A stretch of 64,000 nucleotides of DNA from an uncultured Actinomycetes bacterium (lineage in GTDB: Bacteria > Actinomycetota > Thermoleophilia > Gaiellales > Gaiellaceae): NCBI GenBank assembly GCA_963812695.1, contig CAWEWD010000006.1, positions 16,555 to 80,554 on the forward strand. The letters are read 5' to 3'. Within the stretch, counting starts at the first letter, position 1. Every line of letters begins with the position of its first letter. A model generated the notes under the pieces. It saw only the letters and a program-made list of their open reading frames with translations, was not told the DNA's origin and ran no database searches. Below are positions 45,602 to 57,417 of the stretch, one piece after another. The position numbers and the translations under genes were made by a program.

Positions 45602-48600
45602 ATGGACCTACCCGTCCTCCACCCGTTCGTCCGCGAGCTCGCCGAGAGCGAGCGCTTCCGCCTGTTCCTCGAGGAGCTGCCCGAGACACGCGCGCGCGTC
45701 TCCGAGGCCGCACTGCCGCTCGTCGTGGCCGCCCTCCACGAGGAGCTCGGCCGCCCTCTCATCGTGCTCGCCCCCGAGGACGCCGACGCGCACGACATCG
45801 CCGAGGCCGCCGCCTGGTTCCTCGGCGACGGCCGGGTCGCGTTCCTGCCGAGCCGCGGTGTGAGCTGGAGCTCGGGCCTGGAGCCGCCGCCGCACCTCGT
45901 CGGCGAGCGGGCACGTGCCCTCGACGTCCTCGCCGCCGGCGGGCTCGTCAGCGCCTCCGCAGCCGCGCTCGCCGAGGCTCTGCCCCCGCCCGAAGCGCGG
46001 CCGGAGCCGATGCGCGTGCGACCTGGCGACGACCCGGGGATCGACGCGCTGGCCGAGCGCCTCGCGCTCGCAGGCTATGAGCGCGTCGACCAGGCGCAGG
46101 AGCGAGGCCAGTTCGCGCTCCGCGGAGGCATCGTCGACGTCTACCCGACCACCGGGCGCGAGCCGCTCCGCATCGAGCTCTTCGGCGACGAGGTGGAGAG
46201 CATCCGCGCCTTCTCGCCCTTTACGCAGCGCACCCTGCATCCGGTCGACGAGGTCACGATCTACCCCGCGGCGGAACGGCGGCTCGACCTCGACGACGTT
46301 CGGCTTCCCGACGACGAGGCCGGCGAGGCTCCGAGACCGGTCCCGACCGATCTCGTGTCACCCGTCCCGTCGGGCCCGGACTTCGTCTGGCAACCGGTCG
46401 ACGTCCGCGAGGTCTGGGAGCAGGAGGAGCTGACGTCCGTCGACCTGACGAATGCGGTCGAGCTGGACCCGCTTCCGTCCGGCCAGCCGTTCTCGTTCGA
46501 GGCGCAGCGGCCCGCGATCGCCGCGCGCGGCCTCGCCGAAGCCGAGAACGAGCTCCGCGCGTTCGTCCGCGGCGGCCTGCGAACCGTCGTCGCGTTCCCG
46601 CACCAGGGCGAAGCGCTGCGGACGCAGAACCTCCTGCGCCGCGTCGAGTCCCGTCTGGTCGACGAGGGCGAGGAGCTGCCCGACGAGGCGGAGCTCCTGT
46701 TCGCCGTTACCCACGCGCGTCGCGGCTTCGTCTGGCGCGAGCTCGGGCTCGCCCTGATCCCGGACACGCAGGTCTTCCGCCGCCGCGCCCGCGGCCGCGC
46801 CGCACCCGCCGGCCGCGCGCTCCAGTCCTTCGCCGAGCTCCGCACCGGAGACCATGTCGTCCACGAGGACCACGGCATCGGGAAGCTGCTCGGGTTCGAG
46901 ACGCGCGCCGTCGCCGGAATCACGCGCGACTACCTCCAACTCGCGTTCCGAGGCGAAGACCGCCTCTACGTTCCGCACGAGCAGATCGGCAAGGTCTCGC
47001 GCTACATCGGCGCGGACGCGAAGTCGCCGACCCTGTCCAAGCTCGGAGGCAAGGCGTGGAACCAGCTCAAGAGCCGGGCGCGCGCGGCGATTCGCGAGCT
47101 GGCCGGCGACCTCCTGCAGCTGTACGCGCGCCGCCAGAATGCGCCGGGAATCTCGTACGACCTGTCGCAGGACTGGCTGGACCGGCTCGAGGCGTCGTTC
47201 CCGTACCGCGAGACCCCGGATCAGGCGGCGGCGATCGAGGCCGTCAAGGAGGACCTCGAGGCGCCGCGCCCGATGGACCGCCTCGTCTGCGGCGACGTCG
47301 GCTTCGGCAAGACGGAGGTTGCGGTCCGCGCGGCGTTCGCGGCTGCCCTGAACGGCAAGCAGACGCTCATGCTCGTGCCGACGACCGTGCTCGCGCAGCA
47401 GCACTGGAACACCTTCCGCGAGCGTTACCGCGACTTCCCGGTCACCGTCGAGATGGTCTCGCGCTTCCGCAAGCCGGCCGACGTCAAGCGAATCCTGGCC
47501 GACTTCCAGGCCGGCAAGGTCGACGTCCTGATCGGAACGCATCGCGTCCTCTCGCGCGACGTGATCCCGAAGGAGCTCGGCCTCGTCATCGTCGACGAGG
47601 AGCAGCGGTTCGGCGTCGCACAGAAGGAGCTGCTCCGCTCCCTCCGGCTCGAGGTCGACGTCCTCGCCCTGACCGCGACTCCGATCCCCCGCACGCTGCA
47701 TATGTCGCTCTCCGGCCTACGCGACATCTCGATCATCGAGACTCCACCGGAGGGCCGGCGCCCGATCCGCACGCACGTCGGCGAGTACGACGAGGAGCTC
47801 GTCAAGACCTCGCTCGAACGCGAGGTCGCGCGCGGCGGCCAGGCGTTCTACCTGCACAACCGGGTCGAGACGATCGACATGGCCGCCGACCGGATCCGGC
47901 AGCTCGTTCCGAGCGTGCGCGTCACCGTCGGGCACGGACAGATGCGCGAGCGCGAGCTGGAGGAGCGAATGCTGTCGTTCCTGCGGGGAGACGCGGACGT
48001 TCTCGTCTCGACGACGATCATCGAGTCGGGCCTCGACATCCCGCAGGCGAACACGCTGATCGTCGAGCGCGCCGACGCGCTGGGCCTCGCGCAGCTGTAC
48101 CAGATCCGAGGACGGGTCGGCCGCTCCGATCTGCTCGCCCACGCATACCTGTTCTATCCGGACGCCACGGAGCTGACGCCGGAGGCGCGCGCCCGCCTGG
48201 CGACGCTCGCCGACCACACCGAGCTCGGAGCCGGTTTCGCGATCGCGATGCGCGACCTCGAGATCCGCGGGGCGGGCGAGCTGCTCGGCGCCGAGCAGCA
48301 CGGACACCTGGCCGCGCTCGGCTTCGAGCTCTATGTCGAGCTCCTCGGTGAAGCCGTTGCCGAGCTCGCGGGAGAGAGGCGGACCGTCGGGCGGCCGGTC
48401 CGCGTCGACGCGCGAATCGATGCCTATGTGCCGGCCGAGTACATCCCGGCCGAGGCGCAGAAGATCGACCTGCACAGACGGCTCGCGCTGACCGAGACCG
48501 AGGACGAGCTGACCGAGCTCGAGGCCGCGACCGTCGACCGCTACGGGCCCCTGCCGGAGCCCGTGCAGAACCTGTTCGCGATCCAGGCCGCCAAGCTCAA

Positions 48601-48817
48601 GCTCGCGCAGCTCGGCGCCGACTACCTCGTGTTCCGCGGCGGCCAGTCGACGGTTGGTCCGCTCGTGCTCGGGTCCGACGAGCTACGCGCGCTCCGCGAC
48701 CGGGTCGACACAGCCGTCTATCGCACCGCCCGAAATGAAGTTTCGGTTAAGCACGAAGAGTTCCCGGAAGCGCTCCGATTGGTCGATGCTATACTCGAAA
48801 CGCGCCGCGCAGCGTGA
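45602..48817 (+). CDS. mfd: Transcription-repair coupling factor Mfd
   Basis: CarD-like HEDHGIG, DEAD-box helicase motifs GDVGFGKTE and DEEQRFG, TRG motif. ATG 45602 chosen over the longer ORF. Confidence 0.93.
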   Translation: MDLPVLHPFVRELAESERFRLFLEELPETRARVSEAALPLVVAALHEELGRPLIVLAPEDADAHDIAEAAAWFLGDGRVAFLPSRGVSWSSGLEPPPHLVGERARALDVLAAGGLVSASAAALAEALPPPEARPEPMRVRPGDDPGIDALAERLALAGYERVDQAQERGQFALRGGIVDVYPTTGREPLRIELFGDEVESIRAFSPFTQRTLHPVDEVTIYPAAERRLDLDDVRLPDDEAGEAPRPVPTDLVSPVPSGPDFVWQPVDVREVWEQEELTSVDLTNAVELDPLPSGQPFSFEAQRPAIAARGLAEAENELRAFVRGGLRTVVAFPHQGEALRTQNLLRRVESRLVDEGEELPDEAELLFAVTHARRGFVWRELGLALIPDTQVFRRRARGRAAPAGRALQSFAELRTGDHVVHEDHGIGKLLGFETRAVAGITRDYLQLAFRGEDRLYVPHEQIGKVSRYIGADAKSPTLSKLGGKAWNQLKSRARAAIRELAGDLLQLYARRQNAPGISYDLSQDWLDRLEASFPYRETPDQAAAIEAVKEDLEAPRPMDRLVCGDVGFGKTEVAVRAAFAAALNGKQTLMLVPTTVLAQQHWNTFRERYRDFPVTVEMVSRFRKPADVKRILADFQAGKVDVLIGTHRVLSRDVIPKELGLVIVDEEQRFGVAQKELLRSLRLEVDVLALTATPIPRTLHMSLSGLRDISIIETPPEGRRPIRTHVGEYDEELVKTSLEREVARGGQAFYLHNRVETIDMAADRIRQLVPSVRVTVGHGQMRERELEERMLSFLRGDADVLVSTTIIESGLDIPQANTLIVERADALGLAQLYQIRGRVGRSDLLAHAYLFYPDATELTPEARARLATLADHTELGAGFAIAMRDLEIRGAGELLGAEQHGHLAALGFELYVELLGEAVAELAGERRTVGRPVRVDARIDAYVPAEYIPAEAQKIDLHRRLALTETEDELTELEAATVDRYGPLPEPVQNLFAIQAAKLKLAQLGADYLVFRGGQSTVGPLVLGSDELRALRDRVDTAVYRTARNEVSVKHEEFPEALRLVDAILETRRAA

Positions 48818-48848
48818 CGAAATTCGCTGCAAATGGCGCTCTTTTTTC

Positions 48849-49880
48849 ATGACGAGGTCTCGCCTAATCGCATTCTTTGCCGTCGCCATCGCTGCCGGTA
48901 CCCTCGCGGCCGGCTGCGGTAGCTCGAACCCGAGCGTCGGCGCGGACGACGTCGCAGTCGTCGGCGACCAGACGATCTCGAAGGATCAGTTCGATCGTCT
49001 GATCAACCAGGCGAAGAAGAACTACGAGGCGAACAAGCAGGCGTGGCCCGCCGCCGGCACGGCGCAGTACATCGCTCTCCGCAAGCAGGCGATGCAGTTC
49101 CTCGTCCAGCGCGCGGAGTTCGAGCAGAAGGCCTCCGATCTCGGGATCAAGGTCACCGATGCCGACGTCGACAAGCAGCTCGCGACGATCAAGTCGCAGT
49201 ACTTCGGCAAGGGCGGCAAGTGCGACGCGACGTGCGAGCAGAAGTTCCAGGCGGAGCTGAAGAAGCAGGACCTCTCGCTCGACCAGGTGCGCGACGACGT
49301 TCGCGCGAGCGTCGTCCAGAACAAGATCTACGAGAAGGTCACGGCCGGGGCCCAGGTCTCCGACAAGGACATCACGGACTACTACGCAAAGAACAAGGCT
49401 CAGTACGTCCAGCCCGAGAGCCGAGACGTCCGCCACATCCTCGTCAAGAAGAAGGCGCTCGCCGACCAGATCTACCAGCAGCTCCTCCACGGCGCGAGCT
49501 TCGCGGCGCTGGCGAAGAAGTACTCGACCGACCCGAGCTCGAAGGACTCGGGCGGGAAGCTCACGATCTCGAAGGGCCGCCAGGTGCCGGAGTTCGACAA
49601 GGTCGCGTTCGCACTCAAGGCACACGAGCTCGGACAGCCGGTCAAGACGACCTACGGCTGGCACGTGATCCAGGCGCTGACGCCGATCAAGCCGAAGAGC
49701 GTGACGAAGCTCTCCGAGGTGAAGACGGCGATCAAGCAGCAGCTCCTCGGGCAGAAGAAGCAAGACGAGATGCGGAAGTGGGTCGACGACACGACGAAGT
49801 CCTTCGAGTCGAAGACGAACTACCAGGTCGGCTACGCGCCGCCTGCGACCACGACCGGCGCCTCCACCACCACGCCGTAG
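48849..49880 (+). CDS. Parvulin-type peptidyl-prolyl isomerase lipoprotein (PrsA/SurA-like)
   Basis: Lipobox LAAGC. Parvulin core VRHILV...FSDDPSS-like KKYSTDPSSKDSGG...GWHVIQ. Confidence 0.85.
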   Translation: MTRSRLIAFFAVAIAAGTLAAGCGSSNPSVGADDVAVVGDQTISKDQFDRLINQAKKNYEANKQAWPAAGTAQYIALRKQAMQFLVQRAEFEQKASDLGIKVTDADVDKQLATIKSQYFGKGGKCDATCEQKFQAELKKQDLSLDQVRDDVRASVVQNKIYEKVTAGAQVSDKDITDYYAKNKAQYVQPESRDVRHILVKKKALADQIYQQLLHGASFAALAKKYSTDPSSKDSGGKLTISKGRQVPEFDKVAFALKAHELGQPVKTTYGWHVIQALTPIKPKSVTKLSEVKTAIKQQLLGQKKQDEMRKWVDDTTKSFESKTNYQVGYAPPATTTGASTTTP

Positions 49881-49884
49881 CCGC

Positions 49885-52621
<2,737 letters not shown>

Positions 52622-52661
52622 TGCGACAAGTCTGCCCGAGCGCGCAGCTAGGCTGACGCGT

Positions 52662-54078
52662 ATGTCCGCCGAGCTGCCTCGCCGGACGAAGATCGTCGCG
52701 ACGCTCGGTCCCGCATCGTCGTCGCGCGAAGCCGTCTTCGAGCTCGCCCGTGCCGGGATGGACGCCGCGCGCCTGAACTTCTCGCACGGGACGCACGAGG
52801 ATCACGCGGGGCTGGTGCAGGTCGTGCGGGAGGTCTCGGAAGAGGTCGAGAAGCCGATCGCGATCATCGCCGACCTGCAGGGGCCGAAGGTGCGGATCGG
52901 CGATCTCCCCGAGCCGGTCACGCTCGACCGCGGCGACGAGGTGATCGTGGCCGCCGAGGAAGCCGCGAACGACGGCGAGCTTCCGGTGAGCCCGACCGCG
53001 GTCGGCGAGGTGCTCCAGCGGGGCCACGACATCCTCATCGACGACGGGCTCATCCATCTACGCGTGGAGTCGGTGGAGCGCGGCCGTGCCCGTTGCACGG
53101 TCGTCACGGGCGGGGTCGTCGCGTCGCACAAGGGTGTGAACGTGCCGGGCGTCCCGGTCCCGATTCCGTCGCTCACCCGCAAAGACATGGACGACCTCGA
53201 CTTCGCGCTCGACCAGGGCGTCGACTTCGTCGCGCTCTCGTTCGTGCGCTCCGCCGCCGACGTGCGCGACCTCAAGGACCTGATCCAGGGCACGGGCTCG
53301 CATGCCCACGTGATCGCCAAGATCGAGAAGTCGGAGGCGGTCGACTCGCTCGAGCAGATCCTGCGCGAGGCGGATGCGGTCATGGTCGCCCGCGGGGATC
53401 TCGGCGTCGAGATCGGGCCTGCTCTCGTCCCGCTGCTCCAGAAGCGGATCATCCTGGCCGCGCTCGAGCGCGCACGGCCGGTGATCACGGCGACCCAGAT
53501 GCTCGAGTCGATGATCTACCACGCCGATCCGACCCGGGCCGAGGCGAGCGACGTCGCGAATGCGATCCTCGACGGCAGCTCGGCTCTCATGCTCTCCGGC
53601 GAGACGGCGATGGGCGAGTTTGCGGTCGAGGCCGTCTCGTACATGGACCGCATCGCGCGCGCCGTCGAGCCGAGCCTCGACTACCGCCACGAGCTGCCCC
53701 AGGCGAGCGACGAGCCGACCGTCGGCCAGGCGATGTCGAACGCGGCCTGCGACATCGCCGAATCGCTGGGCGCGAAAGCGATCCTCGTTCCGACCTTCAC
53801 GGGGCGGACGGCCTCGGCGGTGGCGCGTCTCCGTCCCCGCAGGCTGGTCCTCGCGCTCTCGCATCACGACTACGCGCTCCGGCAGACGGCGATCGAGTGG
53901 GGCGTGACGCCGACGCTCATCGAGGAGGCGTCCGACGTCGAGGACCTGTGGGCGAAGTCGCTCGGGGCCGCGCGGGCGGGCGGCTATGTCGACGAGGGCG
54001 ATCTGGTCGTGATCACCGCGGGCACCGCGGTCAACCTGCCCGGGAACGACCGACGTCATCAAGGTCGAGCAAGCCTAA
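52662..54078 (+). CDS. pyk: Pyruvate kinase; C-terminus interrupted (+1 break near 54045)
   Basis: TKIVATLGP, MVARGDLGVE. The expected end PG-TTDVIKVEQA-stop (TAA 54076-54078) lies in the +1 frame. The uninterrupted ORF reads through into ftsB. Confidence 0.9.
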
Positions 54079-54122
54079 AAGGCGCAGGACCCGAGGCCGC
54101 TCCGGCGAACGAGAGAGGCCGG

Positions 54123-54452
54123 ATGGCTCGTCGCTCGAAGAAACGTGTCCCACGCGGACGGTTCCTGCTTCGCTGGCTCGGCGTGGGGACGCTTGCGCTC
54201 ATCGCGTTCCTCTACTGGCAGCCGCTGCGGAGCTACCTGGGGACGCGCGACGCGGTCAAGGAGCAGTCGGCCCAGGTACGCGCGCTGCGCGAGCAGAAGC
54301 TGCGGCTCGAGCGCCGGCTCGCGGAGTCGGACACGGCCCAGGCGGTGACGCGCGAGGCGCGGCGGCTCGGGTACGTCGAGCCCGGTGAGCACCTGTACAT
54401 CGTGAAGGGCATCCGGGCCTGGCGTCACCAGCACGAGCAGAAAGACCACTAA
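54123..54452 (+). CDS. ftsB: Septum formation initiator FtsB/DivIC-like
   Basis: 109 aa. N-terminal TM then coiled coil, RLGYVEPGE motif. Position between eno/pyk and DUF501 is typical. Confidence 0.8.
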   Translation: MARRSKKRVPRGRFLLRWLGVGTLALIAFLYWQPLRSYLGTRDAVKEQSAQVRALREQKLRLERRLAESDTAQAVTREARRLGYVEPGEHLYIVKGIRAWRHQHEQKDH

Positions 54453-54456
54453 CCTC

Positions 54457-54975
54457 GTGCACATGGAGCGCGACCGCGAGCTCGTCGCGAAGCAGCTCGG
54501 CCGGCCTCCGCGCGCGTTCGCCCGCGTCATGGTGCGCTGCCCGTTCGGCCGCCCCGCGGTCACGGAGCAGTCGCCCTACGACGACTCCGGCGAGCCGTTC
54601 CCGACGACGTACTACGTCACGTGCCGTCACCTGGTCGCGGCGATCTCCAGGCTCGAGGCGGCCGGAGGCGTGGAGCGCTGGTCCGAGCGGGCGCAGCAGG
54701 AGCCCGATCTCGCAGCCAGCCTGGTCCGCGCCACGGAGGAGCAGCGCCGCGTCCGAGCCGAGCTCGCCGCGGGCCGCACCGGCAGCGACCACGGAGCGTC
54801 GCTCGACCTCGGGATCGGCGGCTCCCGGAATCCGGAGCAGCTCAAGTGCCTGCACGCCCACGTCGCGTACGCCTTGGCGCGTCCGGGCTACGAGCTCGGC
54901 GAGCGGATCGCGGACGAGGTCGTCCCGCTCTGGCCGGAGAGATGTTGCATGGAGGGCGCAGACGCGTCCCTATGA
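54457..54975 (+). CDS. DUF501 domain protein
   Basis: PFPTTYYVTCRHL and KCLHAHVA motifs. Confidence 0.8.
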   Translation: MHMERDRELVAKQLGRPPRAFARVMVRCPFGRPAVTEQSPYDDSGEPFPTTYYVTCRHLVAAISRLEAAGGVERWSERAQQEPDLAASLVRATEEQRRVRAELAAGRTGSDHGASLDLGIGGSRNPEQLKCLHAHVAYALARPGYELGERIADEVVPLWPERCCMEGADASL

Positions 54976-54985
54976 TCGGACGGCC

Positions 54986-55291
54986 ATGAGCATGGTCGCC
55001 GTCGAGAACGCACGTCTCCAGTGGGAGGACGGCTACCGCCGCCTGAACGAGCATGCGTCCGACCCGCCGACCTACCAGCACCTGCTCACCCAGGTCGACG
55101 TCCTGATCGGCGAGCTCAACCGTCGGGTCGGCCAGACGTTCACGCTCGCCGACCTGGCCGTTGCGTACGACGACGCCGACCGGTGGCTGCTCGAAGTGCT
55201 CCCTCCCGGAGCGGGTGCGGTCCAGCTCGGCCTCGTCGAGGACGCCGCATTCCATCTGTACGCCCGCGGCGCCGTCGACTACGCGCCATGA
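54986..55291 (+). CDS. Conserved hypothetical protein
   Basis: 101 aa, not low-complexity, coupled to the next ORF by an ATGA overlap. Confidence 0.55.
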   Translation: MSMVAVENARLQWEDGYRRLNEHASDPPTYQHLLTQVDVLIGELNRRVGQTFTLADLAVAYDDADRWLLEVLPPGAGAVQLGLVEDAAFHLYARGAVDYAP

Positions 55292-55500
55292 GCCGGCACC
55301 CGCGGAAGCGCCGCCGGCGCATCGGCCCCTGGGTGCTGCGCGTGGTGGCGCTCGCCGTCGTGCTGGTGATCGGCATCGCGCTCGGGCAGGCGTTCGACGA
55401 CAGCTCCGCGCCGTCGGGCACGGAGACATCAGTGCGGACACTCGAGCCGGGAACTCAGAGCGTCCAGACGGTCACGGTGACCGTGACGACGACCCCGTAG
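55288..55500 (+). CDS. Small membrane-anchored protein
   Basis: 70 aa. Arg-rich N-terminus, one TM (WVLRVVALAVVLVIGIAL), Thr/Val-rich tail. Confidence 0.5.
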   Translation: MSRHPRKRRRRIGPWVLRVVALAVVLVIGIALGQAFDDSSAPSGTETSVRTLEPGTQSVQTVTVTVTTTP

Positions 55501-55527
55501 TTTAGGAATGCGCTAGAGAGGAAAGGG

Positions 55528-55533
55528 TAGAAT
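55528..55533 (+). promoter_or_regulatory. -10 box TAGAAT within the most AT-rich stretch of the window (55501-55549)
   Basis: tttaggaatgcgctagagaggaaagggTAGAATttagtaagtttcccccATG. Confidence 0.45.
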
Positions 55534-55549
55534 TTAGTAAGTTTCCCCC

Positions 55550-56155
55550 ATGGCAGAACCCCGTGACACCGCCGCCCGACCGCCCGTGCCCGCAGATGAG
55601 CCCGACTGGCTGACCCTCGGGCAGGCCGCGAAGTACCTCGGTATGGCGCAGAGCACGATTCGGAAGTGGTCGGACACGGGCCGGCTGCCCGCCTTCTACA
55701 CGCCGGGGGGTCACCGCCGCTATCGGCGCGCGGATCTCGACCAGTTCCTCGAGCGTGGGGGATCCACCGCACCGAGGCGCGGTGAGGGCCGGCGCGTGAT
55801 CCTGATCGTCGACGACGACGAGCGCCTTCGCGAGTTCGTCCGCGTCAACCTCGAGATGGAGGGCTACTCGGTGCGCGAGGCCGCGAGCGCCGACGAAGGC
55901 CTCGCCGCCCTCGAGGCCGAGCCGCCCGACTTGATCCTCCTCGACGTGATGATGCCCCAGGTCGACGGCTGGGAGATGCTGCGCCGCGTCCACGAGCGAC
56001 ACGGCGTCGGCGCCATCCCGGTGATCATGTTCAGCGGCAAGGTCGAAGAGGATTCGCTGCGGGCGGCCGCGTCCCGCGGAGCGCAGGGCTTCATCGGCAA
56101 GCCGTTCAACCCGCAGCAGCTGATCGAGTCGACGAAGCAGCTCGTCCCGGCCTGA
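55550..56155 (+). CDS. Response regulator with N-terminal excisionase/MerR-type HTH and C-terminal receiver domain
   Basis: HTH LTLGQAAKYLGMAQSTIRKWSDTGRLP...GGHRRY. REC: IVDDD, LLDVMMP (phospho-Asp), GKPF. Confidence 0.85.
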   Translation: MAEPRDTAARPPVPADEPDWLTLGQAAKYLGMAQSTIRKWSDTGRLPAFYTPGGHRRYRRADLDQFLERGGSTAPRRGEGRRVILIVDDDERLREFVRVNLEMEGYSVREAASADEGLAALEAEPPDLILLDVMMPQVDGWEMLRRVHERHGVGAIPVIMFSGKVEEDSLRAAASRGAQGFIGKPFNPQQLIESTKQLVPA

Positions 56156-56205
56156 TCAAGCTCGACACACGGCTCGAGCGCTGGGTCGTCCACCATCGCG
56201 TCGGC

Positions 56206-56682
56206 GTGCTCGACGACGTGTTCGTCGGGCTCACGCGCGTCGGGTCGCAGGGTGCGATCTGGATCCTGATCGCCGTGCTCGCATCGTTCTACTGGAGGCG
56301 GCCCGCGATCTTCCTCTACGTCACGTTGGCCGATCTGGTCGCAGGCGTGTCTTCGGCCGTGCTGCGACACGTGATCGGACGCGAGCGGCCGCCGCTTCGC
56401 TTTCCCGAGCCGCACCCGCTCGTCCACGTGCCGGGCAACCCGAGCTTCCCGTCCGGCCACGCGGCGATGAGCTTCGCCTGCGCCGCGACGCTCGCCTGGC
56501 TCACTCCGCTCTCGCCGGTCGCGCTCTACGCACTCGCGGCCCTGATCGCGTTCTCCCGCGTCTACGTCGGCGTGCACTACCCGCTGGACGTGATCGGCGG
56601 CGCCGCGCTCGGCCTGGGAATCGCTACAGCTCTTCGCCGGCTCGTAGAAGACCGCCGACGATCAGCCCCACAGCCGCGATGA
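56206..56682 (+). CDS. PAP2-family phosphatase (start may be CTG 56152)
   Basis: KxxxxxxRP-like GRERPP, PSGH, SRVYVGVHYPLD. Conserved-looking LIKLDTRLERWVVHHR lies in frame upstream without a canonical start. Confidence 0.8.
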   Translation: MLDDVFVGLTRVGSQGAIWILIAVLASFYWRRPAIFLYVTLADLVAGVSSAVLRHVIGRERPPLRFPEPHPLVHVPGNPSFPSGHAAMSFACAATLAWLTPLSPVALYALAALIAFSRVYVGVHYPLDVIGGAALGLGIATALRRLVEDRRRSAPQPR

Positions 56683-57013
56683 GGGCGATCCAGATCCCGA
56701 TCCCGCGCCCGTCGTAGGGGAAGAACTGGTCGGGAACCGAGATCACCCGGACGAGGACGAGGATCGTCGCCAGCGAGCCGAGGACGATGATCACGAGGCT
56801 CTCGGGAATCGTCGCGGGCAGCTCGATCCCGAGCTCGCGCAGCACGACGAGCACGACCACGGCCAGGCCGAGCAGGAAGACGAGCTTCCCGATCACGCCC
56901 GTGTGCCAGCCGATGACCGCGATCGTCGGCCCCTCGCCCGAGCCCGCGTACCAGCCCATGAACGTCGACAGCATCAGCACGAAGCCGGCCAGGGCCGTGA
57001 CGCGCTCGCCCAT
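56624..57013 (-). CDS. Hypothetical membrane protein
   Basis: ATG 57013 after GGAGGGA. Four TM helices. Confidence 0.6.
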   Translation of the reverse strand: MGERVTALAGFVLMLSTFMGWYAGSGEGPTIAVIGWHTGVIGKLVFLLGLAVVVLVVLRELGIELPATIPESLVIIVLGSLATILVLVRVISVPDQFFPYDGRGIGIWIALIAAVGLIVGGLLRAGEEL

Positions 57014-57117
57014 CGCCCAGATCCCTCCAGGGAGGAGCAGCAGCGGGTCGCGCCCGCGTTCGGTGTGAGCAGGTCGGTCGGGCGGGTAAGGCTCTGACGG
57101 CTCCACGGGCGAAGTAT

Positions 57118-57354
57118 CTACAGTCCGAACGTCCGCTGGATCTGGTGCCAGATGACGAGGCTCAGATAGATGCTCGCCGCGACGAGCGCGAAGAGCACGA
57201 TCCAGAACCGAAGCTTTGCGCGCTTCGTTTCGCGGCGACGATTGCGATGAACGCGGCGGCGGGCTCGATGTAGCTGATACGCGCGTTGCACAGCAGCCGG
57301 ATCGAGCTCCAGCGCTTCGTCCACCGGTTCCGGGCGGCGAGCCGGCTGGGCCAT
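57118..57354 (-). CDS. Small tail-anchored membrane protein
   Basis: 78 aa from ATG 57354. Arg-rich segment then one TM (FWIVLFALVAASIYLSLVIW). Confidence 0.5.
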   Translation of the reverse strand: MAQPARRPEPVDEALELDPAAVQRAYQLHRARRRVHRNRRRETKRAKLRFWIVLFALVAASIYLSLVIWHQIQRTFGL

Positions 57355-57417
57355 GCGGGAGAGCATAAACGCGCGGGCGGGCCGACTGACGCGATCAGGA
57401 ATACTTTTCGAGGGGGA

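Noticed and set aside
52662-54452. Genuine pyruvate kinase-FtsB fusion protein
   Set aside because: A canonical Pyk C-terminus and stop appear after removing one base, and FtsB has its own start and SD.
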